64,000 nt of DNA, taken from the NCBI GenBank assembly GCA_043228905.1, contig JBHGNT010000016.1, forward strand, positions 15,376,001 through 15,440,000, in the 5' to 3' direction. The translations under genes and the position numbers were made by a program. Below, piece after piece: positions 1 through 12,157 of the stretch. How positions within the stretch are numbered: the first letter of the stretch is position 1; each line of letters begins with the position of its first letter. The notes below the pieces were generated by a model, which saw nothing but the letters and a program-made list of their open reading frames with translations, ran no database searches and had not been told where the DNA came from. This DNA is from Azolla caroliniana. Its lineage: Eukaryota; Plantae; Polypodiophyta.

Positions 1-429
1 GAACATAATATATATCTTTTGTTATCCTCATTCTCTCTCTCTTTCACTCACTCACTCTTTCATTCTCTCAAGAGTTCTACACCTCCCTTAGTACTAATTC
101 CTTCTCTATCTTAGTATTGTTCCTGGTAGTGCTTCTCTGTCTTAGTACTACTCCTGACAGGAATAGATTGTTCAGAAACATTACTAATTTGGCATATTTG
201 AACATCATTTTGAGATAAAGAGTTATCTAATTCCTGTAAGACATCATAACGATTTATACTTACGTGAGCACCCTTAGATTTTATGCTCTTATTGGGTATT
301 GAGTGTCGCTTTTGAATTGGTCTCCACGTCTCATCCTTGGAGAGTTGAATGTACTTTTCCCTTTATCATCCTTGGAGGGCTGAACATTTTTCCCTTTCTT
401 AGTTCCCTCAACTAGATGTGATTGTTGAC

Positions 430-705
430 TTTTATCCAGATTAACATGTTTAACATTTGTATGCTCATTACTTGTACCATTCTAAGATTTGAATCCCTTC
501 TTCTTTTTTGGGCAATCTTTCAGTACATGTCCTTTCTGTTTACAATAACAACATTGTCCAAGCATACCTACATACTCCAATTTTTGTATGAACATCGAAT
601 TCCCTTGTGATTGATGGTAAAAGTACCCAAGAAGGTAAATTTTACATTGAGGGAAATAATATTCTAATTGATGGGTATCTTGTCATCTTCGTTTCTAATG
701 ACTCC
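430..705 (-). pseudogene. L1-type LINE ORF1 fragment (zinc-knuckle region)
   Basis: Manual minus-strand translation gives ...YPSIRILFP...QKLEYVGMLGQCCYCKQKGHVLKDCPKKK. This resembles the 'EY..L...CxxCxxxGHxxxxCP' knuckle of plant L1 ORF1. Stops are present. Confidence 0.5.
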
Positions 706-3304
706 TCAGCTCCAAGTTGTCGGCGGCCATGACGCCGAGCATGAAACGAAAGGTCATCATTTTCACCACTGGTGAAAAGATTTCGTCGAAGTCGATGCCA
801 TATTCTTGTTGAAATCCCTTTGCAATTAATCTGGCCTTGTACTTTGGGTTGGTCGAGTCGGACGTGTCTTTTAGTCGATAGACCCACTTACATGGAACAA
901 CACGACGATTCTCTGGTAATTCGACTAAGTCCCAAGTCTTGTTTGCCCGAATGGAGTGCATTTCCGACTCCATCGCCAGATGCCATGTGGTGGAATCGGT
1001 AGATGCCGATGCTTCTTTGTAAGACGTCGGTTCGCAAGCGTCAGTGAAGAAAGTTCCGGGAGAGTACCCCTCCGAAGGTTGCGACAGTCTCTCGGATTTG
1101 CGAGGTATGATTGAACTGGTCGCATTGGGTGTCGATGTCGGATGATCGGGAGCCGAGCCATTTGGCTTTGCCGAATCGGTGGATTCGGTGCGAGAGTTGT
1201 CGGTTACCCGTGAAACCGATCTCATGTTGGCACTTCGGAAAATATTACCCTTCGGACTTCAATAGGCCTTTCGGCCGGCCGACTCATTGAACAAGACGTT
1301 CGAACTTTGGACAATTTGTCTGTGCTCGGGGTCCCAGAGTCGGTATCCGATCTCACCGTCGGGTCCATACCCAAGAAAAACACATTTCCTTGACCTTGGT
1401 TTGAGTTTCTGGCAGTCATCTTTCGGTATGAGAGCATACGCCTTGCAACCAAAGATCCTCAGTTTGTCATAATTCGGCTTATTGCCGGTCCATATTTCCT
1501 GAGGTATTTGAAGTTCTTGAGGTCTACTTGGCGACATATTATTATGTGTACTACCGTAAGTAGAGCCTCCGCCCAGAAGCCATCTGATAGTCCGGAGTGT
1601 TGGAGCATGGATACTACGCGTTCTTGAATCGTCTGATTCATGCGTTCAACAATTCTGTTCTGCTCTGGACTATAGGGAGCCATATATTCACGTCGGATGC
1701 CACGTTCCCGACAGAATTTGATGAATTCTTCAGACTTGAATTCTCCTATATTGTCAGTTCGGAGACATTTCAATTTCCGACCGGTCTGATTTTCGACCAT
1801 TGCAAGCCATTCAGAGAAGATCGAGAACACCCGATCTTTGGTTATGATGGGGTAAGCCCACACCTTCCGAGTCGAGTCGTCAATAAAACTGATGAAGTAG
1901 GAAGCACCGCCGAGAGACTGATGTGGCATCGGGCCACAGACGTCCGAGTGGACCAAATCGAGGGGACTCGATTCTCTTGATGCTGATGTCGGGTGTGATA
2001 TGGCTACCTATTTGCCGTATTGGCAATGCTCGTAGAATTGGTGATCCGAGAAGGAGAGTTTGGGAATGTAACCGTCTCTGGATAGGTGCGTTATGCCGGC
2101 CTTGCTGAGGCGTCCAAGTCGTCCGTGCCATAATAATGACACGGGGATATCAACCAAAAATAAGTCACCCTCTTTGAGTGTGACATATAAAGGATACAAG
2201 GAATGTACCTTTGGTCCTCGAGCAAGCAAGAGGTTCCCTTTGTGGAGTGTCCACCCTCCCGATGAGAATTCGGCACGGATGCCGGCTTCGTCAAGTTATC
2301 CGACTGAGATCAAGGGTCTTGAAAGCTCAGGAATGTGTCGGACATTGTGTAGTACGAGTGTAGAGCCTCCTGGAAGATTGAGCTCTACGGTGCCGATTCC
2401 AATTATAGCACAGTGCTGCGAGTTTCTGACTCGAACTAAGTCGGAGTGCCAGTCCGAGTATTGCCAAAACTGAGATTGGTGAGGTGTCACATGATATGAT
2501 GCGCCCGAGTGCAGGAGCCATGTGCTCGATTCCTTAATCGTAAGCAGAACTTCTGATTCGACTGGGTTCTTTATGGACAGTATGTTCGAGTCGGTCGTCA
2601 AAATTTCGGCTGAAGAGCCGACGTAGTTGACCTCCTCATGCCGGCTACTCTTCTGATCCGCTCTCTGAGCTTTGTCGGATTTTGCTTTGAGTGCCCGACA
2701 GTCTACTTTGATGTGTCCCAGTTTCTTGCAATAGTTGCAGATTCGGTTGTCCCGGGACTTGCTCCGGCTTCGCTGATTGTTCGGTGGTCGGGAAGAACTT
2801 CTTCCCCGGTTGTTCGATCGGTCGGTCTAACCTTGTACTATGTAAGCTTCATCTGCCGAGTCTTTGGCGAAAGACTTCCTCGATTTCCGTCCCCTGAGAC
2901 GAGATTTGGGAGCTTATGCTTTCGTGCTTGTTGAGGTGTGCCTGAACCGAATCAGATTCTTTCATCCGCAAGTTGTAGAGACGCCGGATCAGATACATAT
3001 TCGTTGTGGCGACCTTCTTTTCATAAGTTTCCGACAGTGTTTTCCAAAGTTCAAACGCTGTCGTGCATGATTGCACCATGAAGTACACTGACTCCGACAA
3101 GTGCATTCGAATCGTGGCGCGGACGATTCTGTCCAGCTTTAGCCACTTGTTTGCCTTGTATGCTTCTGGAGGATTTTCATTCTCAATCGGGTCTATTTGA
3201 CCCTTGACTATGAGATAGTCCTGCATTTGTTCCTTCCAGAAGTTGAAGTTCGAACTGTCGAACCTCCTTAGACTCATCTCCGATGAGCCGGATGTTGATG
3301 CCAT
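706..3304 (-). pseudogene. copia A gag-pol, fragmented
   Basis: ORFs 2849-3304, 2296-2601, 2008-2229, 1459-1956, 1259-1537 and 695-1225 lie in gag-PR-GAGpre-IN-RT order, with frameshifts and stops. Confidence 0.9.
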
Positions 3305-3626
3305 CTACTTTGGTTTCGGTTGGTAAGACTCGGTTCGGAGTTGACTACGAACCTTAGTGGGGTGCAGCCGGTTGGCTCACCCGATATCGTTCTAGTCGAT
3401 TTTGAACCCGAGTCGGTTTGGTTTCGGATACTTGTTGCTGAACTTGCTCGGAGTGACTCTAGTAACTTGAGGGATAGAACCAACTGGTCTTCCCAAATGT
3501 TGCCAAGTCGAAGTGAGCCCGGTTAGCTTCCAATTGTATGCCGAATACCGATTACACGAAACCGATTATTTGGACCGATTCTGCTTTGGATGACTGCAAC
3601 GATGAGAGGGACGGATCCAACTCATC

Positions 3627-4180
3627 CTCCCGAATGTCGATCAGCCGAGTGAAGCATGAAGTGGTTGTTGCCAGGAGACCAATTTGTAGTGGGTGGTTAC
3701 AATAAGCGGGTGAATAGCGTCCGGTGACCTATTCGGATGTTGTTTAACCGAATGAAGCACGATTGGGTCGGTTATTGCTCAAGGAGCTCCCTTCAAGCGG
3801 TTACAATCACATGAACAGAGTACAACCGACTGGCTTACTCCAATTTGTGATTTAACACAGTGAGATGCGAGCTTTTTGATTTTCTTCTCCCTTCTCTGTT
3901 CTTCTCCCGAATGTCGATCAGCCGAGTGAAGCATGAAGTGGTTGTTGCCAGGAGACCAATATGTAGTGGGTGGTTACAGTAAGCGGGTGAATAGCGTCCG
4001 ATGACCTATTCGGATGTTGTTTAACCGAATGAAGCACGATTGGGTCGGTTGTTGCTCAAGGAGCTCCCCTCAAGCAGTTACAATCACAGGAACAAAGTAC
4101 AACCGACTGGCTTACTCCAATCTGTGATTTAACACAGTGAGATGCAAGCTTTTTGTTTTTCTTCTCCCTTCACTGTTCTT
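3627..4180. repeat. ~277-bp direct tandem duplication in the leader of copia A
   Basis: CTCCCGAATGTCGATCAGCCGAGTGAAGC... begins at ~3627 and again at ~3904, with few substitutions. Confidence 0.9.
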
Positions 4181-4370
4181 CAAAGAAAACAAAAACAGAA
4201 TGTTGTGTTGTGCGATGACGGCTGGCAGCGGGTTGAAGAACCTCCAACGCTCTGATACCAAACGTTGGGGACAAGGCCGTCAATGCGGAAGTGCAAGCAA
4301 CATTCGTGATGAAGAGGAACCTGTGTATGCATGAGCAAGATAGACACAGAGGGAGAGGGAGAGAGAGAGA

Positions 4371-4401
<31 letters not shown>

Positions 4402-4771
4402 GCACAAAGGAATCGTTATATTCAATAGCAACAGTTACAAATGACAACCAACCTTTACTAAAGGTTACAAAGTCACTTGTTGGGAGACAGGTCCCTCCGG
4501 ATGGGAAGGGAGAAGAACAGTGTTGGATGATACAGACCCGGTGAAGACCGGATGAGGAGTACCCGGCTACGGAGAGCCGGATGGTGCAGACCCGATATGA
4601 ACCGGATGAAGAGACATATTCGTAAATATGTTTTCTGAGAGTTCATCGAGGCTATATTTGTAAATAGCCGAAAAGTCATATTAGTATAAATATGACTTAG
4701 GGCAAACTTTTAGTAACTGTTGTTGTTGTTGTCATTCTTGTTGGTGCAAGAATAGACAGTGTGCGTAATTG

Positions 4772-4814
<43 letters not shown>

Positions 4815-5117
4815 GTCATTGCCTCTGTTGTAACCGCCGCCTGTGGCGAAGATCTGTGAGCACGAGCTCGGTGCCTCAGTGAACTCACTGTTGTATATTC
4901 TTACATAGTGACAATTTGCAGCCCGTGGGCTGCCGTGGTTTTTTCCCCCTAGTTTGGGGTTTTCCACGTTAAACCTCCGGTGTATTCTCTCCTTCTTCTT
5001 GTCGTGTTTTATTTCCCGTTTTTTGTGTATCATTCTAGGCTCGGTTGTGGCCGAGCGTCGCGCATAAGGAACATTGGGTTCCTGTCAAGTGGTATCAGAG
5101 CGAAATCGACACAGAAA

Positions 5118-6698
5118 ATGGACGAATCATTTGGTGGCATGTTCAAGCTCACCGGCTCCAACTATTCAGTGTGGAAGTCGAAGATGAGGGACATGCTCGT
5201 GGTTAAAGATCTTTGGCTACCGGTTCAATTCGGGGACAAGAGACTGGACAAGATCGACGCCACAATATGGGAGGTGATGCACATGAAGACAACGGCGTAC
5301 ATACGGTGCTTCATCGACATGAGCCTATACAACAACTTCAATGAGGAGAGCAAGGCTCATGAGCTCTGGGAGAAGATCGGCATAATGTTTCAAAACAAAA
5401 ATGCTGTTAATCAGGTGTCGGTATTCCGGAAGCTAGTAAGACTCCGGTACCAAGATGGCTCCAGCATGGCGGAGCACATGAATGCCTTCCAAGGGCTGAT
5501 ACACCAGGCAACGTCATTGGAAGTACCTCTTGCCGATGAGGTACTAGCGCTACTCCTGCTCGGTTCCCTCCCAGATAGCTGGGAGACGTTGGTTGTCACT
5601 TTGGGCAATGCCGGACCGGAAGGAAAACGGTTATCCCTAGCAAGAGTAAAGTCAAGCTTGCTAGATGAGGAGGCGCGTCGGAAAGACAAAGATACGAGCT
5701 CCGACTCCAAAGCTCTTCTTACCGAATCGGAACGTGGAAGACATAGAAACCGTAGTCCCCAGAACCGGGAGAAGTCGGGGACACGGTCAAAGTCAAGGGG
5801 GAGGCCTACTTGCTTCTATTGCGGCAAGCCGGGACACTTCCAAAAGAACTGTCGGCATTTCCGTAAAGACAAGGAAACCAATGGTACCGATTCGAAGCGG
5901 ACCCCGGACCGGAACGGTAAAGAACGGAACGGTAAAGACCAGAGGGGGCCGGACCGGAAGGGAACGACGACAATTGCGGCAAGTGAAGAAGAGTTGATGC
6001 TTATCACTGAGGAGTGTGAGATAAACCTTGCCGGCGACGAGATGACCTGGGCGGTAGACTCCGGAGCATCGTTCCACCTTACCCCGGACCGGAAATGTTT
6101 CTCATCCTACTCAGCCGATGACCACGGCTATGTCCGGATGGGGAATGAAGGTACATGCCGAATTGTCGGCATAGGAGACGTGTGGTTGACAACACCAACC
6201 GGATGCAAGTTGCTGCTGAAGGATGTCCGACACGTTCCGGAGGTTCGACTGAACCTGATATCAGCCGGTCGGCTAGATGATGAAGGCTACACGGGTAGCA
6301 TCCGGAACGGTGTCATGAAGTTCAACAAAGGGAGCCTGATTGTGGCTCGGGCCCGGAAGGTCAACACACTGTACCTGATGAATGCCTGGTTATGTCCGGA
6401 AGAAGTGAACGTGGCATCCAACACTGCCGGGGAGCTGTGGCATAAGAGACTGTGTCATATGAGCGAGAAGGGGATGAAGAGGCTTGCAGACGACAACCTC
6501 ATTCCAGTGAAGAACGTGCACTTAGAGAAGTGCACTGATTGTCTGGCTGGTAAGCAGAACCGGACCTCCTTCCGACCAAGGCCACCGATGAGACGTAATG
6601 CACCACTGGAGTTGGTGCATACGGATGTGTGTCAAGTAGACACGGAGTCACATGTCGGAGCGCAGTAGTTCGTGACGTTCATAGATGACCACAGCCGG
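5118..6698 (+). pseudogene. copia B gag-protease-GAG-pre-integrase (5' part)
   Basis: KLTGSNYSVWK, CFYCGKPGHFQKNC knuckle, WAVDSGASFH, LWHKRLCH, LVHTDVC. Premature TAG at 6666-6668; interrupted by D at 6699. Confidence 0.92.
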
Positions 6699-7430
6699 TG
6701 TCGTAGTGTATTTTGTACACTACGTGAAAAACGTATATAGTATTAGATTCAATAAAAAATGAAGAAATAGAAGAAAATAGCAAAATAAATGAAACATGCA
6801 TAGGGCAAGATTCGAACCTTGCACCTCCATGTTAATAATGTAATGTCTTACCATTACACTAGCATTTCATTAGTGTTAAAGCATAGATGTCCCACATAGA
6901 AAGGTAAATTCACGCTAGGATAAACATTAGAAAAACGCATAACAAAAGAAAAAGCTACACATACACATCTAGCGTGCATGATAAAAAACGCACAAGTTAG
7001 AAAAAGCATGATCACTTTAGATAAAGCATATAGTCTATCTATAGGAAAAGCATGGGGTCTATAGTTAGAGAAAAAAGCATGGATTACTAAGACTTCCTCA
7101 TCACTACATAAGGATGGGGAGCACAATGTAATTGTGTGTGAAAAATATTTGGAAACTGGATATGTTTCTAAAAAACACCAATTAATAAACTATACTCGTG
7201 GGATTCACGAGTATTCTATATCATTCTCTTTCAACCCAAATTTATATTCTTATATTCATATTGATTAATCAAATACAATACACTCGTGGGATTCACGAGT
7301 TTGCTATAACTCTTTCTTACAACATATTTATATTCTTATTAGCCTTAAAACTCTCCTCTTCCTAGTCCAAAACCCCAGCGGTTCCCACCCGACTCACGCA
7401 ACGATCCGGAGCCGAAAGGCACGACACAGT

Positions 7431-7448
7431 TGGTGAACCCGACGTGAA
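7431..7448 (+). promoter_or_regulatory. Primer binding site, tRNA-Trp (also 29603, 33118, 35908, 38698; decayed copy 27181-27164 on minus)
   Basis: TGGTGAACCCGACGTGAA is the reverse complement of TTCACGTCGGGTTCA-CCA, the 3' end of plant cytosolic tRNA-Trp as I recall it. It lies 4 nt after the LTR. Confidence 0.8.
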
Positions 7449-7464
7449 GGCGGGTGGCAAGGAG

Positions 7465-9396
7465 ATGGAGAATCAACAAGAGGCAATGAGCATAACGATG
7501 ATGATGATGTTCGAGCGGATGCTACAAGAACAACGTGCGATGTCGGAGATGAAGGCGGCAGTAGAGCGGCTTCTGCGACGAAACGGGGAATTCAACGGTA
7601 AGGGTGTGTCACGCTACCTACGTGAATATAAGGCGGAGATGATGCAATATCGGATACCGGAAGGATTGCAAGTGATATCCTTTAGTCGGGTGGCCTCGGA
7701 CGAACTACAAGAGAGAATCCACAAGATACAACAACAAAACTCGACATGGGAGTCCTTTGAAGAAGCTTTACGGGAGGCATATGACTATGAGAGATGGACG
7801 GGACGAGATCGACGAGAATTCGACGAATGGGTGGCGTCGGAGAAGACTCACCGAAGTGCAACGCAAGCGTTCCTAGAGTTCGAGCATCGTTTTGCTCGAC
7901 TCTCGGAGCGGGAACGAAGATTGGTGGGAGAAGATAAAGTCTTAATGTTCGTAAGATCGATCGATCGGAAAGAAAGGATGGACATTGGGATCGAACTCGA
8001 AGATGATGACGGTGCGAACGGCCTTACCGAGGATTGGGCCAAAGTCGAAAGGGTATGCCGAAGACATGATGAAAGGAAGCTGAGAATCTCGTCAACAACG
8101 ACATGGCCCATGAAGGATGGTCGATTGAGGAAAAACGATGAAGCCAATATGAAGGCCGAAATACAACATGATGGTACCACGGGAGAAAGAGTGGAACAAG
8201 ACACCCACTCGTCTTGTGAAAGAACGATGGCGAAGGATAAGGCCGATAATTCAAGTGTAGAAGGAAATTTCGGGATACAAGTGCCCGAGACATCGGGTCA
8301 AAAAGGGGTAAGCATAATAGATGTTTGCATAATTGATGCAGATAAAGAGTGTGAAGCGGATGTGATTAAGGAGGTAGCCACAAAAGACGAAATCGAATCG
8401 GAGGTGGCTATGGACGAATCAATGGCGGATTGCCATATCGAGACTTCCCCACCACTGATTCCAGAGACTCCGGCGGTTGCGATCGAAAGGCAACGTGAGA
8501 CCAAAGAGACGGAAGGTGGCGGAGAGAAAACGAATGTCAAAGCCGACGAATACGATGAAGAGATAGCCGAGAAGAATGCTAAGGGTGAAACTACGAAAGA
8601 AGGTAATACCGAGGATTCATGCCAACAATATCTAGAGACTTCGGCGGTTGTGTCCGAGAACCAACGTGAGACCGGAGAGACGGGAGATGGCGGCGAGGAA
8701 GGTAAAGTCGGAAGTCGGTTCGGATGGAAAATGATCCATCCGAAATTCCAATCTAAAAGAAAGTGCGACAATGCGGAGGTCGGGTCTACGACGGGAGAAG
8801 CGCGTAATACAGAGCACGCTCTACGGCGAATAAAGAAACGCGTGTTATGGCGAATAAAGAAGCACGCGCTACTGCGAGAAAAGAAGCATGCATTACAACC
8901 ACACGAGGACCGAACAACGAGCACATATCGGAGGACCTACGTGGCAAACAACGGAAAGGAGTGCCGAAAGTCGAACCGGACAAGGCAGGTGAAAACGAAG
9001 AAAAGAAAGCAAATCCGGACGAAAAGAAAAGAAAAGAAACTGACCCGAAAGAGCACTGAATCGATAAAAACCGATCAACCGAGTCCGGATCGACCGAATA
9101 CAAATCGGAAAGGAAGCCGAACTAAACGAAAGACGATCCGACGAGACCGAATCGGAAGTAAGCTAATCCGACTAAACCGAAAATCCGAAAAGAAGTCGAG
9201 ATTGATGAAGAAAAGAAAGAGGGCAAGAAAAGATACTACCGCGGATGACAAGGACCAAGTGGGCCATGCAAAAAGCGAACATAGAATATGGTGGATCGGA
9301 TGGCGACAATGGTTCGGGTGGAAAGAATGGGTCTACTCAAAATGGAGAGACAAAGTTGACATAGCGGGACAAACGGAGGATGAAGGAGGAGACTAA
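7465..9396 (+). CDS. Gag-like protein of D (643 aa from ATG): capsid-like N-terminus, acidic linker, K/R-rich tail, Trp-rich end
   Basis: Intact ORF between PBS and PPT. The N-terminal ~210 aa align by eye with the gag of element I (GEFNGKGVSRYLREYKAEM vs GQFGGRNIMVFLTTYKTEM; EDKVLMFVRSIDRKERMDIG vs GDKVLYFLKAVDAEDRRELG). Confidence 0.85.
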   Translation: MENQQEAMSITMMMMFERMLQEQRAMSEMKAAVERLLRRNGEFNGKGVSRYLREYKAEMMQYRIPEGLQVISFSRVASDELQERIHKIQQQNSTWESFEEALREAYDYERWTGRDRREFDEWVASEKTHRSATQAFLEFEHRFARLSERERRLVGEDKVLMFVRSIDRKERMDIGIELEDDDGANGLTEDWAKVERVCRRHDERKLRISSTTTWPMKDGRLRKNDEANMKAEIQHDGTTGERVEQDTHSSCERTMAKDKADNSSVEGNFGIQVPETSGQKGVSIIDVCIIDADKECEADVIKEVATKDEIESEVAMDESMADCHIETSPPLIPETPAVAIERQRETKETEGGGEKTNVKADEYDEEIAEKNAKGETTKEGNTEDSCQQYLETSAVVSENQRETGETGDGGEEGKVGSRFGWKMIHPKFQSKRKCDNAEVGSTTGEARNTEHALRRIKKRVLWRIKKHALLREKKHALQPHEDRTTSTYRRTYVANNGKECRKSNRTRQVKTKKRKQIRTKRKEKKLTRKSTESIKTDQPSPDRPNTNRKGSRTKRKTIRRDRIGSKLIRLNRKSEKKSRLMKKRKRARKDTTADDKDQVGHAKSEHRIWWIGWRQWFGWKEWVYSKWRDKVDIAGQTEDEGGD

Positions 9397-10476
9397 CAAA
9401 CACCAACAACTTCGGCACATACCGGAGGATGTGCGGGTTTGGAGGGGGTGAGTGTCGTAGTGTATTTTGTACACTACGTGAAAAACGTATATAGTATTAG
9501 ATTCAATAAAAAATGAAGAAATAGAAGAAAATAGCAAAATAAATGAAACATGCATAGGGCAAGATTCGAACCTTGCACCTCCATGTTAATAATGTAATGT
9601 CTTACCATTACACTAGCATTTCATTAGTGTTAAAGCATAGATGTCCCACATAGAAAGGTAAATTCACGCTAGGATAAACATTAGAAAAACGCATAACAAA
9701 AGAAAAAGCTACACATACACATCTAGCGTGCATGATAAAAAACGCACAAGTTAGAAAAAGCATGATCACTTTAGATAAAGCATATAGTCTATCTATAGGA
9801 AAAGCATGGGGTCTATAGTTAGAGAAAAAAGCATGGATTACTAAGACTTCCTCATCACTACATAAGGATGGGGAGCACAATGTAATTGTGTGTGAAAAAT
9901 ATTTGGAAACTGGATATGTTTCTAAAAAACACCAATTAATAAACTATACTCGTGGGATTCACGAGGATTCTATATCATTCTCTTTCAACCCAAATTTATA
10001 TTCTTATATTCATATTGATTAATCAAATACAATACACTCGTGGGATTCACGAGTTTGCTATAACTCTTTCTTACAACATATTTATATTCTTATTAGCCTT
10101 AAAACTCTCCTCTTCCTAGTCCAAAACCCCAGCGGTTCCCACCCGACTCACGCAACGATCCGGAGCCGAAAGGCACGACACAGTTGGTTTTTTTAGAAAC
10201 ATATCTAGTTTCCAAATATTTTTCACACCAATTAATAAATTATACTCGTGGGATTCACGAGAATTCTATATCATTCTCTTTCAACCGAAGTTTATATTCT
10301 TATATTCATATTGATTAATCTAATACAATACACTCGTGGGATTCACGAGTTTGCTATAACTCTTTCTTACAACATATTTATATTCTTATTAGCCTTAAAA
10401 CTCTCCTCTTCCTAGTCCAAAACCCCAGCGGTTCCCACCCGACTCACGCAACGATCCGGAGCCGAAAGGCACGACA

Positions 10477-12157
10477 CCGGAAACTGTGGGCCACACCATT
10501 GAAGACGAAGGATCAGGTGTTATCCGTCTTCAAAGAGCTCCACGCGAGAGTAGAAAGAGAAACCGGTCGGAAGCTGAAGGCGGTTCGAGCAGACAACGGA
10601 GGAGAATACCGGGGGCAGTTCGAGGAGTACTGCCGCTCGAAGGGAATCTGGCTCGAATTTACCGTACCGAAGACGCCGGAACTAAATGGACTGGCCGAGA
10701 AGATGAACCGGACCATAATGGAGAGGGTCCGGAGTATGCTAGCGCATGCAAAGCTACCCAAGAAGTTTTGGGTTGAGGCATTGTCGACGGCGACATACGT
10801 GATAAACAGATCACCCTCAGTACCCTTGGACGGAGACACGCCACAGAGAGTGTGGACCGGTAAGGAAGTATCCTACCGGCATCTGAAGGTGTTCGGGTGT
10901 CTCGCGTACGTGCATGTAGCTAAGGACCGGAGAGGAAAGTTAGATCCAAAGACCCAACCATGCATATTCCTCGGTTATGGTGACGATGAGTTCGGCTACC
11001 GAGTGTGGGACCCGGTCGACAAGAAGGTATTCCGGAGTCGAGATATTATCTTCATGGAGGACAAGACGCTCGCTGACTGGGAGTCGGAGAAGAAGATAAT
11101 GAACTCCGAGTCGACCGGTAAGGATCGACTCTACGATGAGCAGACCCAACCGGCGAGAGACCGGTTAGCACTCGAAGAACCAGCCGGTTACAGTGAGGAT
11201 ACCGAACAGGCTGAAGAAGAAGTAGAGGAAGCTGAAACCGGAACCGGCCAAGACCCCGAATCGGATTTGGATGAAGAGTAGATGGATGAGCCGGTCACCG
11301 AAGCCCAGAGACGGAGATATCCTCTCAGAGAGAGAAGGGCCCCCCGGAGATTTCCGGATGCAGAGCATGTTTTGCTGACCGATGAGGGGGAGCCGGAAAG
11401 CTTCGAAGAAGCGAAGGAAGACACCCACAGCCGAAAATGGTTAAGTGCCATGTAGGATGAGATGGATTCCCTGCATGAGAACCATACATACGAATTGATG
11501 GAGTTGCCGAATGGAAAGCGGGCACTCCGAAACAAGTGGGTGTACAAGTTGAAACCGGGAGATGCCGACAACCCCCCGAGATACAAAACCAGGATCGTGG
11601 TGAAGGGGTTCCAGCAGAAGAAGGGCGTGGACTTCGACGAGATATTTGCCCCGGTAGTAAAGATGACCTCCATCCGGACGGTGCTGAGTATAACAGCAAG
11701 CATGGACCTCGAGGTAGAGCAGCTGGACGTGAAGACGGCATTCCTTCACGACGACCTCGAAGAGGAGATCTACATGCAGCAACTGGAAGGATTCTTGGAG
11801 AAAGGGAAGGAGCACCTGGTATGTCGGTTGAAGAAGAGCCTGTACGGACTGAAGCAGGCTCCCCGACAATGGTACCGGAAGTTCGATTCCTTCATGACCG
11901 ATCAAGGGTACCACAAGACACAGGCCGATCACTGTGTGTTTGTGAAGAAGTTCGAAGGAGGCGACTTCCTAATACTCCTTCTGTACGTGGAGGACATGTT
12001 GATCGTCGGACGTGACCAAGTCAAAATACGGATGCTGAAGAAGGCTCTCAACCGGACCTTGTCATTGAAAGACTTGGGTCCGACAAGACAAATGCTCGGG
12101 ATGCACATCATCCGGAACCGGTTAGTGAAGCAATTATGGTTGTCACAGGAGAAGTAA
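10477..12157 (+). pseudogene. copia B integrase-RT (3' part)
   Basis: RADNGGEY, NKWVYKLK, QLDVKTAFL, SLYGLKQAPRQW, LLYVEDML. In-frame stops; fused to mid-LTR after QLWLSQEK, so RNase H and PPT are deleted. Confidence 0.92.

Larger units (their letters stand above)
6699..10476 (+). mobile_element. Gag-only LTR element D (TR-GAG-like) with an extra rearranged partial LTR; 4-bp TSD CCGG
   Basis: LTRs 6699-7426 and 9453-10180 (728 bp, TGTCGT..ACGACA, one difference noticed). PBS 7431-7448; PPT GGAGGGGGTGAG; extra segment 10181-10476. CCGG at 6695-6698 and 10477-10480, and removing the insert restores the host codons for D-H-S-R-K-L-W. Confidence 0.93.

Noticed and set aside
4345-4810. (AG)n microsatellites
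   Set aside because: Ordinary components of these copia LTRs.
6666-6668. Programmed read-through stop in copia B
   Set aside because: It replaces the Tyr of Q-Y-F-V-T-F-I-D-D, which is intact in paralog K. It is a simple nonsense mutation.
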